A program made the translations under genes and the position numbers. Shown here piece by piece: positions 30,219-40,008 of a stretch of DNA of 64,000 nt; within the stretch, counting starts at the first letter, position 1; each line of letters begins with the position of its first letter. The notes under the pieces are model-generated. The model was not told the origin of the DNA. It was given only the letters and a program-made list of their open reading frames with translations, and searched no databases. This DNA is from Obrimoposthia wandeli (lineage: Eukaryota): the NCBI GenBank assembly GCA_977020255.1, contig CDROCS010000253.1, forward strand, positions 4,340,001 to 4,404,000, in the 5' to 3' direction.

Positions 30219-30950
30219 ATGATAAATATAAAAAATAATCTGGATAAAATTAAAGCGCACATTCAGCAAGCTTGCCAACAAAGTGGTCGATTAATCCCTT
30301 CTACAACAGCAACTGAGCTGCAACTGCCAATTTCACTGCCCGTATCATTGCTTGCTGTAAGTAAAACTAAGCCCGCTGCACTTATTGAGCAAGCTTACTT
30401 AGCTGGTCAACATGATTTTGGTGAAAATTACCTGCAAGAAGCAGTAGAAAAAATAGCGGAACTAGCACATTTACCTGAATTAACTTGGCATTTCATTGGT
30501 CCTATTCAATCGAATAAAACCAAACAAATTGCCAGTAATTTCTCTTGGGTTCATAGTGTTGACAGAGAAAAAGTAGCACTGCGTCTTAATCAACATCTCA
30601 AGGATGATAATCGCCACAATACTCCGCTAAACATTTGTTTACAAGTGAATATTAGCAATGAAGAGTCAAAGTCAGGTATAACTCTTGAGCAGGTTTTTTC
30701 TCTTGCTAAAATTGTTGATAATTGTGATAAACTCACCTTGCGAGGCTTAATGGCTGTTCCAGAAAAAAATGCCCCTAAAGCCTGTTATGAGCAAATGCAG
30801 CAATTGTTTATCCAACTTAAAAAGCAATACCCCAGCGTTGATACTCTCTCTCTTGGCATGTCTAATGATTTAGATAACGCTATAGCCCACGGTTCAACCA
30901 TGGTAAGAATTGGCACCGCCATTTTTGGTGCAAGAGAAAATAAAATTTAA
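30219..30950 (+). CDS. yggS: PLP homeostasis protein
   Basis: LLAVSKTKP, FGENYLQE, WHFIGPIQSNK, LSLGMSND, VRIGTAIFG. Confidence 0.96.
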   Translation: MINIKNNLDKIKAHIQQACQQSGRLIPSTTATELQLPISLPVSLLAVSKTKPAALIEQAYLAGQHDFGENYLQEAVEKIAELAHLPELTWHFIGPIQSNKTKQIASNFSWVHSVDREKVALRLNQHLKDDNRHNTPLNICLQVNISNEESKSGITLEQVFSLAKIVDNCDKLTLRGLMAVPEKNAPKACYEQMQQLFIQLKKQYPSVDTLSLGMSNDLDNAIAHGSTMVRIGTAIFGARENKI

Positions 30951-30974
30951 CCATTAATCGTTTAGGAACCCCTT

Positions 30975-31799
30975 ATGAATAAAATAGCCTTTATAGGTGC
31001 CGGTAATATGGCACGCGCCATAATTATTGGTTTAGTTAATTCTGGCATGACTCCCCAAAACATTATAGTAGCAAACCCTTCTGAAGCTAAAAGACTCAAT
31101 TTAGCTAACGAGTTTGGTGTTTTACAAACAGATGATAATATCAAAGCCAGTGAATTTGCTGACGTTATAGTCCTTTGCGTAAAGCCACATTTTATCACCG
31201 ATGTTTGTTTTCAAATAAGCCAAGCCATCAATATAGCAGGAAAACTATTTATCTCTGTTGCCGCAGGAACTACCGTTGAACAAATTCAATCAGCGTTATC
31301 AAAAGACAACACAGCAAAGCTTGCTCCTGTTGTACGTGTAATGCCGAATACCCCTTCTCAACTTGGTTTAGGCATGAGTGGTTTATACGCCTCCAGTGAA
31401 GTTAATACGGCACAAAAGGCGAGTGCGGAGAAATTAATGACCGCTGTGGGTAAAATAATTTGGCTCGACGCAGAGCATAAGATTAATAGTATTATTGCGG
31501 TTGCAGGCTCTGCGCCGGCTTATTATTTCTTATTTATGGAAGCAATGGAAAAACAAGCAATAAACTTAGGTTTTACGCCAGAAGAAAGTCGTATGTTAGT
31601 ACAGCAAACAGCACTTGGATCAACACAAATGGTTGCACACAATACCGATGTCGACATCAGTACTTTACGTGCTAATGTTACCTCCAAAGGTGGTACAACA
31701 CATGCGGCAATTGAACGATTTAAAGATGACGGCATAGACGAAATAGTTAAAAATGCGATGAACGCTGCCATTGCTCGTGCTGAAGAAATGGCTAAATAA
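30975..31799 (+). CDS. proC: Pyrroline-5-carboxylate reductase
   Basis: FIGAGNMA, VRVMPNTP, AGSAPAY, VTSKGGTT. Confidence 0.96.
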   Translation: MNKIAFIGAGNMARAIIIGLVNSGMTPQNIIVANPSEAKRLNLANEFGVLQTDDNIKASEFADVIVLCVKPHFITDVCFQISQAINIAGKLFISVAAGTTVEQIQSALSKDNTAKLAPVVRVMPNTPSQLGLGMSGLYASSEVNTAQKASAEKLMTAVGKIIWLDAEHKINSIIAVAGSAPAYYFLFMEAMEKQAINLGFTPEESRMLVQQTALGSTQMVAHNTDVDISTLRANVTSKGGTTHAAIERFKDDGIDEIVKNAMNAAIARAEEMAK

Positions 31800-31859
31800 A
31801 AACACATAACACTAATTCTAACGACCCCAAAGTAACTCAAATTAAGTAGAGGAAAAAAA

Positions 31860-32405
31860 ATGGAAGCAATTATGTATTTGCTTAGATTCGCCTTCGACGC
31901 CTTGTTAATGATTTTAATCATGCGTGTATGGCTACAATGGGTTAAGGCTGACTTTTACAGCCCCTTAAGCCAGTTTATTGTCAAGGTAAGTAACCCGTTA
32001 GTGATACCACTGCGCCGAATTATTCCTGGGCTAGGAGGCTTAGATTTAGCAACAATACTCATCGCTTATGTAGTAGCGACATTAAAATTTGTTACCCTCG
32101 CAGCTTTATCAGGCGAAAGTTTAGGTGTATTGGCTTTTTACATCGGCTTATTAGTGTTATTAAAACAAGCTGGGTTTCTGCTGTTTGTTATTATGATTAT
32201 TATGGCCATTATGAGTTGGGTTGTTCAAGGTTATAACGCAACGTTAGCGGTACTTAGTCAATTGACTGAACCTTTTTTAAACCCTCTTCGCAAAATAATT
32301 CCAAATATGGGCGGTTTAGATTTATCCATGTTGTTGGCATTTTTGGCGATGAATGTTATTAATATCTTACTTTCAAACTCATTACCTTACTGGGGTGCGT
32401 TGTAA
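31860..32405 (+). CDS. yggT: YggT family membrane protein
   Basis: Two YGGT repeats (ADFYSPLSQF..PLRRIIP..GGLD; EPFLNPLRKIIPNMGGLDLS). Confidence 0.93.
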   Translation: MEAIMYLLRFAFDALLMILIMRVWLQWVKADFYSPLSQFIVKVSNPLVIPLRRIIPGLGGLDLATILIAYVVATLKFVTLAALSGESLGVLAFYIGLLVLLKQAGFLLFVIMIIMAIMSWVVQGYNATLAVLSQLTEPFLNPLRKIIPNMGGLDLSMLLAFLAMNVINILLSNSLPYWGAL

Positions 32406-32491
32406 TACAATAGTATTTTTTTTGGTCTGTTCTATACTAAAGATATGTAATAGAACAGACTTAAATTCTCTGTATTTTTTTGGAGCACAAC

Positions 32492-32932
32492 ATGAAAACT
32501 TCAATCATCAAATTACTTATTTCCTTTAGCCTTAGCTTGTTTTTGATGAGCAATGTTAGCGCTGAAAACATGAAAAAACTAGGCTCTATGAATGTACATT
32601 ATATGGCTATTGGTTCCACATTTTTTACGCCTGAAATTGCTAAGGTTTATGGCATTACCCGTAGTCGCTATAATGGTTTAATCAATATTTCAGTATTAGA
32701 TAATAGCCAAAAAGGTACCCCCTCAAAAACGGTTAGTATTACCGGTAAAGCCAAAAACAACCTAGGTCAATTTAAAGATTTAGCGTTTAAAGAAGTCAAA
32801 GAAGGTGGCGCTATTTATTACCTTGCGCAGGTTAACTATAGCAATGAAGAGACGATTCATTTTGATATCATGATTAATGATGGCAAAGAAAAGCAACAAT
32901 TAAAATTTTCACAAACCTTCTATGTAGATTAA
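32492..32932 (+). CDS. DUF4426 family exported protein
   Basis: Signal peptide, VHY....STF.TPEIA..YGITRSRY.GLINISV, F.EV.EG.AIYYLA; SD GGAG before ATG 32492. Confidence 0.85.
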   Translation: MKTSIIKLLISFSLSLFLMSNVSAENMKKLGSMNVHYMAIGSTFFTPEIAKVYGITRSRYNGLINISVLDNSQKGTPSKTVSITGKAKNNLGQFKDLAFKEVKEGGAIYYLAQVNYSNEETIHFDIMINDGKEKQQLKFSQTFYVD

Positions 32933-32970
32933 TAGCCAAATACACGTTATAAAGTAAACTGTATTCAACT

Positions 32971-33000
32971 AAAAAAGAGCTTTTCAAAGCTCTTTTTTTT
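32971..33000 (+). terminator. Intrinsic terminator
   Basis: AAAAAAGAGCTTT-TC-AAAGCTCTTTTTTTT. Confidence 0.85.
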
Positions 33001-33049
33001 GCTGTTAACTTTAGCGAAACATCCGTTTCTAGGATAGAATAGCGCGATT

Positions 33050-33318
33050 ATATACCCGTTCCACTTGAAGATGCTCGTTTCAGGAAGTCTGAGCGATTCA
33101 TAATCAAGGCGCATTTTTTTATTAAGGGTCATTCCCTTAAAAAGAAATGTAACGCAGAGTATGATTTGCTCAGCCTTCCCCAAGAGGCTGGTTTATAAGC
33201 GCTTTATACTGCGTTATTGATTTCGACAATAGAATAACTATTCTCTTCAATCAATGCCTTGCCTAAAGGCGTTTCTAATTCCAGCTGAATCATGCATATT
33301 CAAGTGGGACGGGTATAT
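33050..33318. mobile_element. MITE of about 269 bp with ERIC-like termini
   Basis: 25-bp terminal inverted repeats matching at 23/25 (ATATACCCGTTCCACTTGAAGATGC / GCATATTCAAGTGGGACGGGTATAT), TA-containing ends, internal hairpins, no transposase. Confidence 0.8.
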
Positions 33319-33354
33319 CTATCAATAAACTCAAAATAGCCACAGGTAACCATC

Positions 33355-33963
33355 ATGTCAAAAGTTGTATTAGCCACAGGAAATCAAGGTAAAGTTAAAG
33401 AGTTAGCCCATTTACTGGCTGAGCAATCGATCGAAATAGTACCGCAAAGTGAATTTGATGTGCCTGAAGTAGCTGAAACAGGTACTACCTTTGTCGAAAA
33501 TGCCATTATTAAAGCTCGCCATGCGGCAAAAATAACGGGCTTACCCGCTATTGCTGATGACTCTGGTTTGGAAGTTGATGCGTTAAATGGTGCTCCGGGT
33601 GTTTATTCAGCGAGATACGCGGCAGATATCACAGAAGGTGAAGTCACTGATGATGATAATACCAACAAGCTACTAGCGGCGTTAGCCAATACTCCCGACG
33701 AATTCCGCACTGCTCGTTTCCACTGTGTTTTAGTTTATATGAAACATGAGAATGACCCGACCCCCCTTATTTGTCACGGTGTATGGGAAGGTACTATCTC
33801 TAGAGCTAAACAAGGTGAACAAGGCTTTGGCTATGATCCTGTCTTTTGGCAAAATGATTTACAAATGTCTTCGGCACAGCTATCACGTGAAGTAAAAAAC
33901 AAACTAAGTCATCGCGGTCAGGCATTAGCTAAGCTGGTTGAAAAACTTGCTCTAGCCGTATAA
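33355..33963 (+). CDS. rdgB: dITP/XTP pyrophosphatase
   Basis: VLATGNQGKVKE, ETGTTFVENA, ADDSGL, GFGYDP, KNKLSHRGQA. Confidence 0.96.
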   Translation: MSKVVLATGNQGKVKELAHLLAEQSIEIVPQSEFDVPEVAETGTTFVENAIIKARHAAKITGLPAIADDSGLEVDALNGAPGVYSARYAADITEGEVTDDDNTNKLLAALANTPDEFRTARFHCVLVYMKHENDPTPLICHGVWEGTISRAKQGEQGFGYDPVFWQNDLQMSSAQLSREVKNKLSHRGQALAKLVEKLALAV

Positions 33964-33989
33964 TAATAAGAAACATTGAGCCCTGTATT

Positions 33990-35156
33990 ATGTTAGAACT
34001 ATTAGAAAATCAGCCCCTATCACTTTATATTCATATTCCATGGTGCGTGGAAAAGTGCCCTTATTGTGACTTTAATTCACATGCAGTTAAGAGTGCTATT
34101 CCTGAACAAGAATATGTAGCAGCCCTGATCACAGACTTAGACGCCGATATTGAACGTTTTGGCTTAACCACACGTCCCTTACATTCAATATTTATTGGTG
34201 GTGGTACTCCAAGTTTATTTTCTGCTGCATCGATTAAAAGTTTGCTAACACAAGTCCTCAGTCGTTTTGAGCACAAAGCAGATATCGAAATTACCCTCGA
34301 AGCTAATCCAGGTACAGTTGAAGCAGATAAATTTATAGGATTTTTCGATGCAGGTGTTAATCGGCTATCTATCGGCGTACAAAGTTTTGCCTCTGATAAA
34401 TTAATTAAACTTGGCCGAATTCATGATAGTAACCAAGCCAAAATAGCAGCAAAATTAGCCACTGAAAGTGGCGTGACCAGTTTCAATTTAGATCTAATGC
34501 ATGGTTTACCTAATCAATCGTTAGATAATGCGCTTGATGATCTAAAAACGGCTATCAGCCTAAACCCTAATCATATTTCTTGGTATCAATTAACCATTGA
34601 ACCTAATACTATTTTTCACTCTAAACCACCTAAATTACCTATTGATGATATTTTATGGGAGATTCAGGATCAGGGCGTTAAGTTACTCAATGAAGCGGGT
34701 TATCAGCAGTATGAGATTTCTGCATACGCTAAGCCAGGCTATCAATGTCAGCATAATTTAAATTACTGGCAATATGGTGATTACCTTGGCATTGGCTGTG
34801 GTGCCCATGGAAAAATTACTGATAGTCGAACCCAAAAAATAATGCGTACTATTAAAGTAAAACACCCTAAGGGTTATTTAGATGATAACCGTGATTTCTT
34901 AGATAAATTATCACAAGTTGATGAAAGTGAACGCCCTTTTGAGTTCATGATGAACCAGCTAAGACTGCACAGCGCTTTTAGTATTGAGCAGTTCCAAACA
35001 AGTACAGGGCTTAATATAAAGGTAGTATTACCTTTACTTAAAGAAGCTCAACAAAGAAAACTCATGAGCTGTGAAGTGATAGACAATGAAGAGTATTGGT
35101 TGGTAACTCAACTAGGACAACGGTATTTAAATGACTTGTTGGAGATATTCTTATAA
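33990..35156 (+). CDS. hemW: Radical SAM heme chaperone HemW
   Basis: LYIHIPWCVEKCPYCDFNSH (CxxxCxxC), GGGTPS, YEISAY, HNLNYW; follows rdgB. Confidence 0.93.
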   Translation: MLELLENQPLSLYIHIPWCVEKCPYCDFNSHAVKSAIPEQEYVAALITDLDADIERFGLTTRPLHSIFIGGGTPSLFSAASIKSLLTQVLSRFEHKADIEITLEANPGTVEADKFIGFFDAGVNRLSIGVQSFASDKLIKLGRIHDSNQAKIAAKLATESGVTSFNLDLMHGLPNQSLDNALDDLKTAISLNPNHISWYQLTIEPNTIFHSKPPKLPIDDILWEIQDQGVKLLNEAGYQQYEISAYAKPGYQCQHNLNYWQYGDYLGIGCGAHGKITDSRTQKIMRTIKVKHPKGYLDDNRDFLDKLSQVDESERPFEFMMNQLRLHSAFSIEQFQTSTGLNIKVVLPLLKEAQQRKLMSCEVIDNEEYWLVTQLGQRYLNDLLEIFL

Positions 35157-35701
35157 TGACACCATTCTCAGCAAGTCACGCATTGGCGTTAAGCACAGCA
35201 GAACAAGATAAAGTTGATTTAACTTTTATGCAAAGAGCCTTTGAACTAGCACAACAAGCTGAGCAACATGATGAAATTCCTGTGGGCGCCGTAGTCGTTC
35301 ATCAAGGAAAAATTATTGGTGAAGGTTTTAATCAATCAATCATGCTTAATGATCCGTCAAGTCATGCTGAGATGAATGCCATCAGACAGGCAGGGGAATT
35401 TCTTAATAACTATCGGTTACTTGACTGTACTTTATATGTAACGCTAGAGCCCTGCCCTATGTGTGCGGGTCTGTTAGTGCATAGTCGAATCAATCGCTTA
35501 GTTTACGCTTGTAGCGATCTGAAAACAGGCGCCGCTGGCAGTGCTTTTAACTTAGTAAATAGCCCACAATTAAATCATCAAGTAGCTGTGCACTCTAGTA
35601 TCATGCAAGAAGAGTGTAGCCAGCTACTTTCTTCTTTCTTTAAACGACGTAGAAAAGAAAAAAAACAAGCCAAACAAGCCGCTAAAAAAATCTTTATTTA
35701 G
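35156..35701 (+). CDS. tadA: tRNA adenosine(34) deaminase
   Basis: EIPVGAV, HAE, NYRL, TLEPCPMC, FFKRRR. Confidence 0.95.
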   Translation: MTPFSASHALALSTAEQDKVDLTFMQRAFELAQQAEQHDEIPVGAVVVHQGKIIGEGFNQSIMLNDPSSHAEMNAIRQAGEFLNNYRLLDCTLYVTLEPCPMCAGLLVHSRINRLVYACSDLKTGAAGSAFNLVNSPQLNHQVAVHSSIMQEECSQLLSSFFKRRRKEKKQAKQAAKKIFI

Positions 35702-35904
35702 CCCTCAATCCATCTTAGAAATATTCCACCCAAAAAAGTATTACCATCATAAATAGCGGCCGATTAAATAGCTAATATTAAACCCTGTGCTAACTTATAG
35801 GTATCATTCTTATTTAGTAGGATCTGTTTATAGGTAGTGATTCTTTATCACAAGAATTACCCCTGATAACTCACCACTACCTATAAAAAGTTGAACCTGC
35901 CGAC

Positions 35905-36771
35905 ATGGATAATAACAATAAACATTTCAGCCAATGCCGTTTATTACTGGTAGAAGACAATAGAATTAATCAAGAAGTTGCTCGCCATATTTTGGCTGAA
36001 TTTGACATTTTTCCTGACGTTGCCGTTAATGGATTGGAGGCATTAGCACTCTTGCAAGCTACAGAAGCTAAAGCGAGCTACGACATCATATTGATGGATT
36101 GCCAAATGCCTGGAATGGATGGTTACCAAGCCAGCAAGGCCATTAGAAATGGTAAGACTGGAGAGAAGAATAAAGCCATTACTATTATAGCAATGACTGC
36201 TAACGCCATGAAAGGTGACAGAGAAAAGTGCCTAGCCTCAGGCATGACTGATTATTTAAGTAAACCCATTGATTCTGTTAAAATTCAAGAGAAGCTATCT
36301 CAATATTTTGAACGACCAAGTGTAAATGATCTTAGCATTGTGCCGCTACAGAAACCCTTAAGGGTAAAAAGAGTGAGTAAAGTAGCAGCTATAGTTAACG
36401 ACACAAAAAGCAAATCAAACAAAGATCAACGGGTGATATGGCAAAGAGAAGAGTTTAGTAAACGTTTAAATAACAATAATGAAATTCAACAGAAACTTGT
36501 TGAACTGTTTTTAGAAGAAACGCCAAAGCAACTTAACGAATTATCTAAAAGTATAGAACAAGGAAATAATACACTACAACATGAAATCAGCCATAAAATT
36601 CAAGGTATGTCGGCAAATTTAAGCGCGGAAGCGCTACTTCAACAAACCAAAGACTTTAATCAATATGTAAAGGCTTCAGATCCCGTTCAAGGTAAAATCG
36701 AAGCTTTGTTTCAGGCAATGAAATTAAGCTATCAATTACTTGAGCAAGAGTTGAAAAAAGCACTTAATTAG
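35905..36771 (+). CDS. Stand-alone REC + HPt phosphorelay protein
   Basis: LLVEDN..N, ILMDCQMPGMDG, MTANAM, CLASGM.DYLSKP, then an HPt domain with HKIQGMSANL; no kinase or DNA-binding domain. Confidence 0.85.
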   Translation: MDNNNKHFSQCRLLLVEDNRINQEVARHILAEFDIFPDVAVNGLEALALLQATEAKASYDIILMDCQMPGMDGYQASKAIRNGKTGEKNKAITIIAMTANAMKGDREKCLASGMTDYLSKPIDSVKIQEKLSQYFERPSVNDLSIVPLQKPLRVKRVSKVAAIVNDTKSKSNKDQRVIWQREEFSKRLNNNNEIQQKLVELFLEETPKQLNELSKSIEQGNNTLQHEISHKIQGMSANLSAEALLQQTKDFNQYVKASDPVQGKIEALFQAMKLSYQLLEQELKKALN

Positions 36772-36882
36772 TGACTAACTTGTTAGCTTAAATTTGATAT
36801 AGCAAACAATTTCAGGTATTAATAGGAGTATAACAACAGCAAAAAAATAATACTAAAAAATAGCTAAAGGTTATCACTACAC

Positions 36883-39198
36883 ATGATCAAACGTATTCTG
36901 CCTATTTATCATACGGGTTGGTTTTATCTACTGCTATTATTCTGGGGGTTTTGCTATTGGTCTGTTGCCATCGGCGGCTTAAACCAGCTTAATCAATTAA
37001 ACATTCATTGGCTCAATCAGCTTAAACTGTCTCCTGATCTATCAGAAATACAACCGACATTAGCGACTACTGATATATTAACGTTACAATCCGGATTCGA
37101 TAAACAAGATATAGAGTCAGTAACTACTCTTTTGTCATATTACCCTAATAGTCAGATAACCTTTTTAGGTCAACAATCAGACTTTTTTATGAAAAAAATT
37201 GAGGGTTATTTATCCTTAACACCTCGTAATAATAAAATTGTTATCAACTCAACCAAAATCTCCTCAGAACCGCCATTAAAACCTCAAGCCACAATGGCTT
37301 TTTCACCACTGCTCAATTGGTTTCGTTTTTCCTCCAAAGCTAACGCTGATATTTTGAGAACAAGGTACTTTATCTTTTCGCCTTTATTGCAAGATGCCCG
37401 ACAAAGCTTTCCTTTGGTATGGCACCAACAAGGGAAAATACACCTCAGTTTACCCGCCGAAATATTAAAGCAATTACACTCAAATACTGAACTTTTTATC
37501 AAACAAGATTGGCAATTAAGTTTAATAAGACAAGACAATACTTTAGCCGCTAAAAAATTAGCTTTGGGATTTTTTGGTGAAATATTTATTGCAGCAAACT
37601 TACTTACTATTAATCAAGTAAGTCTAAACAATCAAGAACGCCAACAAAATTCAGCATCGACTTTATCTAGGTTAACTTCTGTTAGTCACTTTATTCAGCA
37701 ATATCCTTCAATCTCTAACACTAATTCAATACCTAACTACAAAGTTATCATCATTACCGATAATAAATTCTCGCATGATAAAGTACTCAAACCATTGCTT
37801 CAAAAGTTAGTTCAGCAAGACTATTTAATCCAAAGCTTACTGATTATTATCTTTGCTTGGTTGCTCTTTTTTCTGGGTATTACTCTCGTTTGGTTCATAC
37901 GTTCGTTATCCTTAAAACAGCAACTAATCAGTGTGCTTAGTTACATATTATCCCTTTTTATTCTGCAATATTTCTTGTTCAATCAACGACAATGGCTTGA
38001 AGTGATACCGGTAATAATGGCGATAATTGGGACATGGCTCTTACTATTAGCTTATCAAAAAGAATATAAGCACTTTGTAGCAGCGTTGAATTATCGAGTC
38101 TCTTCAAATGAGAGTCATGAATCTACAGTGTCGATTAGACCCAATAAAAAAAATATTTTAAGCAACAAAAAAGTACAGCCTCCTCAAGTAAAAAGCAGTG
38201 TCTATTTACCTGAAGAAAAAACAAATACAGCAAGCCAAAGCCAATTAAAGTCGATGAATACAGTCTTACCCGTCCCTGAGGACTATATTGAACAAACATT
38301 GCTCATACTTGATGATCCAGTACAAAATAAAACCTCTATCAATCAGCAAATAACTGTTGAAAATTTTGGCCGCTACCAAGTAGAAGGCGTTTTAGGACAA
38401 GGCGCAATGGGCATTGTTTATCAAGGTGTTGACCCTAAAATAAACCGCCATGTTGCTATAAAAACACTGCAATTGAGTAACGACATTGATTCTGCAGAAT
38501 TTGGTGAAGCTAAGGAACGCTTTTTTAGAGAGGCACAAACAGCCGGTGGCTTAAGCCACGCCAATATAGTCACCATTTATGATGTAGGTGAGGATAATAA
38601 CTTAGGTTATATCGCCATGGATTTACTTACAGGCGCGCCATTATCATTATTTACCCAACCTGGACAAACACTACCTATACCATTGCTTTATCAATTATTG
38701 ATTCAGATAACCGATGCGCTAGATTATGCCCATAAACAAAATGTTGTTCATCGTGATATCAAGCCAGCTAATATTATTTACGATGATGACTTGCTCAAAG
38801 TGACAGTAACTGATTTTGGTATCGCCTACGTCAGCGATAACAGTAAAACCCGAACAGGTATTATTATGGGGAGTCCGTATTATATGTCTCCAGAACAAAT
38901 ACTTGGCTTAAAAGTAGATGGTCGTAGCGACATTTTCAGCTTAGGCGTGACTTTCTATCAATTGCTCTGTGGCCACTTACCTTTTGAAGGCGAGTCCATT
39001 GCAACTGTCGCCTATCAAATAACAAAAGCGAAAGCCATTGCCGTCACTCAACGCAATATCAACTTACCCACTAGTGCCATGCGTATTTGTAGTAAAGCTA
39101 TGCATAAAGACATTAAAAAGCGTTACCAATCAATGGCTGAATTTAAGTTGGCATTAACAAATGCGCTCAAACGAGACTTTAAGATCACGGCTAACTAA
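36883..39198 (+). CDS. Membrane Hanks-type Ser/Thr kinase with a CHASE2-like sensor architecture
   Basis: N-terminal TM, periplasmic region, 3 TMs; kinase motifs GQGAMG, VAIK, HRDIKPAN, DFG, GSPYYMSPE and DGRSDIFSLG are intact. The CHASE2 call rests on topology only. Confidence 0.85.
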   Translation: MIKRILPIYHTGWFYLLLLFWGFCYWSVAIGGLNQLNQLNIHWLNQLKLSPDLSEIQPTLATTDILTLQSGFDKQDIESVTTLLSYYPNSQITFLGQQSDFFMKKIEGYLSLTPRNNKIVINSTKISSEPPLKPQATMAFSPLLNWFRFSSKANADILRTRYFIFSPLLQDARQSFPLVWHQQGKIHLSLPAEILKQLHSNTELFIKQDWQLSLIRQDNTLAAKKLALGFFGEIFIAANLLTINQVSLNNQERQQNSASTLSRLTSVSHFIQQYPSISNTNSIPNYKVIIITDNKFSHDKVLKPLLQKLVQQDYLIQSLLIIIFAWLLFFLGITLVWFIRSLSLKQQLISVLSYILSLFILQYFLFNQRQWLEVIPVIMAIIGTWLLLLAYQKEYKHFVAALNYRVSSNESHESTVSIRPNKKNILSNKKVQPPQVKSSVYLPEEKTNTASQSQLKSMNTVLPVPEDYIEQTLLILDDPVQNKTSINQQITVENFGRYQVEGVLGQGAMGIVYQGVDPKINRHVAIKTLQLSNDIDSAEFGEAKERFFREAQTAGGLSHANIVTIYDVGEDNNLGYIAMDLLTGAPLSLFTQPGQTLPIPLLYQLLIQITDALDYAHKQNVVHRDIKPANIIYDDDLLKVTVTDFGIAYVSDNSKTRTGIIMGSPYYMSPEQILGLKVDGRSDIFSLGVTFYQLLCGHLPFEGESIATVAYQITKAKAIAVTQRNINLPTSAMRICSKAMHKDIKKRYQSMAEFKLALTNALKRDFKITAN

Positions 39199-39249
39199 TA
39201 AGTAAATAAACGAATACAGTAAAGTGCCACGCTCCAAAATAAAATAAAG

Positions 39250-40008
39250 GTGAAAACAGTTACTCCTATGAATTATCACATTAAATCCCTGTGTCATCAG
39301 GGCGCGATTCGAGACAATAACGAAGATGCGATTAGTTACGGCACCAATAAAAAGTCAGGTGTTACATGGATGTTAGTGGCAGATGGCATGGGTGGTCATA
39401 ATGCCGGAGAAGTTGCTAGCGCCATGTTAGTTGACTGTATCCAATGCGCGTGGGATAAAATATCGGTAACTGAGCCCCCTCATTGGGAAACATGGATCAC
39501 AAACCAACTTAATGCTGCCAACATAGCCATTCTTAATCAAGCAAAGAATAGTGTTATCCAACAAGGTATGGGCACTACTGGCGTATTGATGGTGATAGAT
39601 AAAAAAGAATGCCACTTAGGCTGGGTTGGTGACTCCCGCGCATATACGTTAAGAAAGAATGATTTAGTACAAGAAACAGTCGATCACACCATGATTCAAG
39701 AATTAGTCAATAAAGGAGCGCTCAGCGCTGAAACTGCAAAGAATGCTAAGTCTAAAAATTTGCTTTCACAAGCGATTGGCGTTCGAGAAAAAATATCGGT
39801 TGATACCGTAACTATTGCGATAGATAGTGGCGATACTATTATGCTATCAACAGACGGCTTGCACGACTATTTAACTGAACAAGAAATTAATCATTACTTA
39901 GCTGAGTTTTCTATAGAAAAAGATGTCTGTGATGACATGATCAATCAAGCTATAGCTCAAAACAGTAGAGATAACCTGACGGTAGGTTTAATCCATTTGA
40001 ACAATTGA
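39250..40008 (+). CDS. PP2C-family Ser/Thr phosphatase (Stp1/PrpC-like)
   Basis: RDNNED, VADGMGGHNAGEVAS, VGDSRAY, STDGL, SRDNLT; start may be ATG 39268. Confidence 0.93.
   Translation: MKTVTPMNYHIKSLCHQGAIRDNNEDAISYGTNKKSGVTWMLVADGMGGHNAGEVASAMLVDCIQCAWDKISVTEPPHWETWITNQLNAANIAILNQAKNSVIQQGMGTTGVLMVIDKKECHLGWVGDSRAYTLRKNDLVQETVDHTMIQELVNKGALSAETAKNAKSKNLLSQAIGVREKISVDTVTIAIDSGDTIMLSTDGLHDYLTEQEINHYLAEFSIEKDVCDDMINQAIAQNSRDNLTVGLIHLNN

Noticed and set aside
32965-33183. 72-aa minus-strand ORF
   Set aside because: Runs through a terminator and half of the MITE; no coding signature
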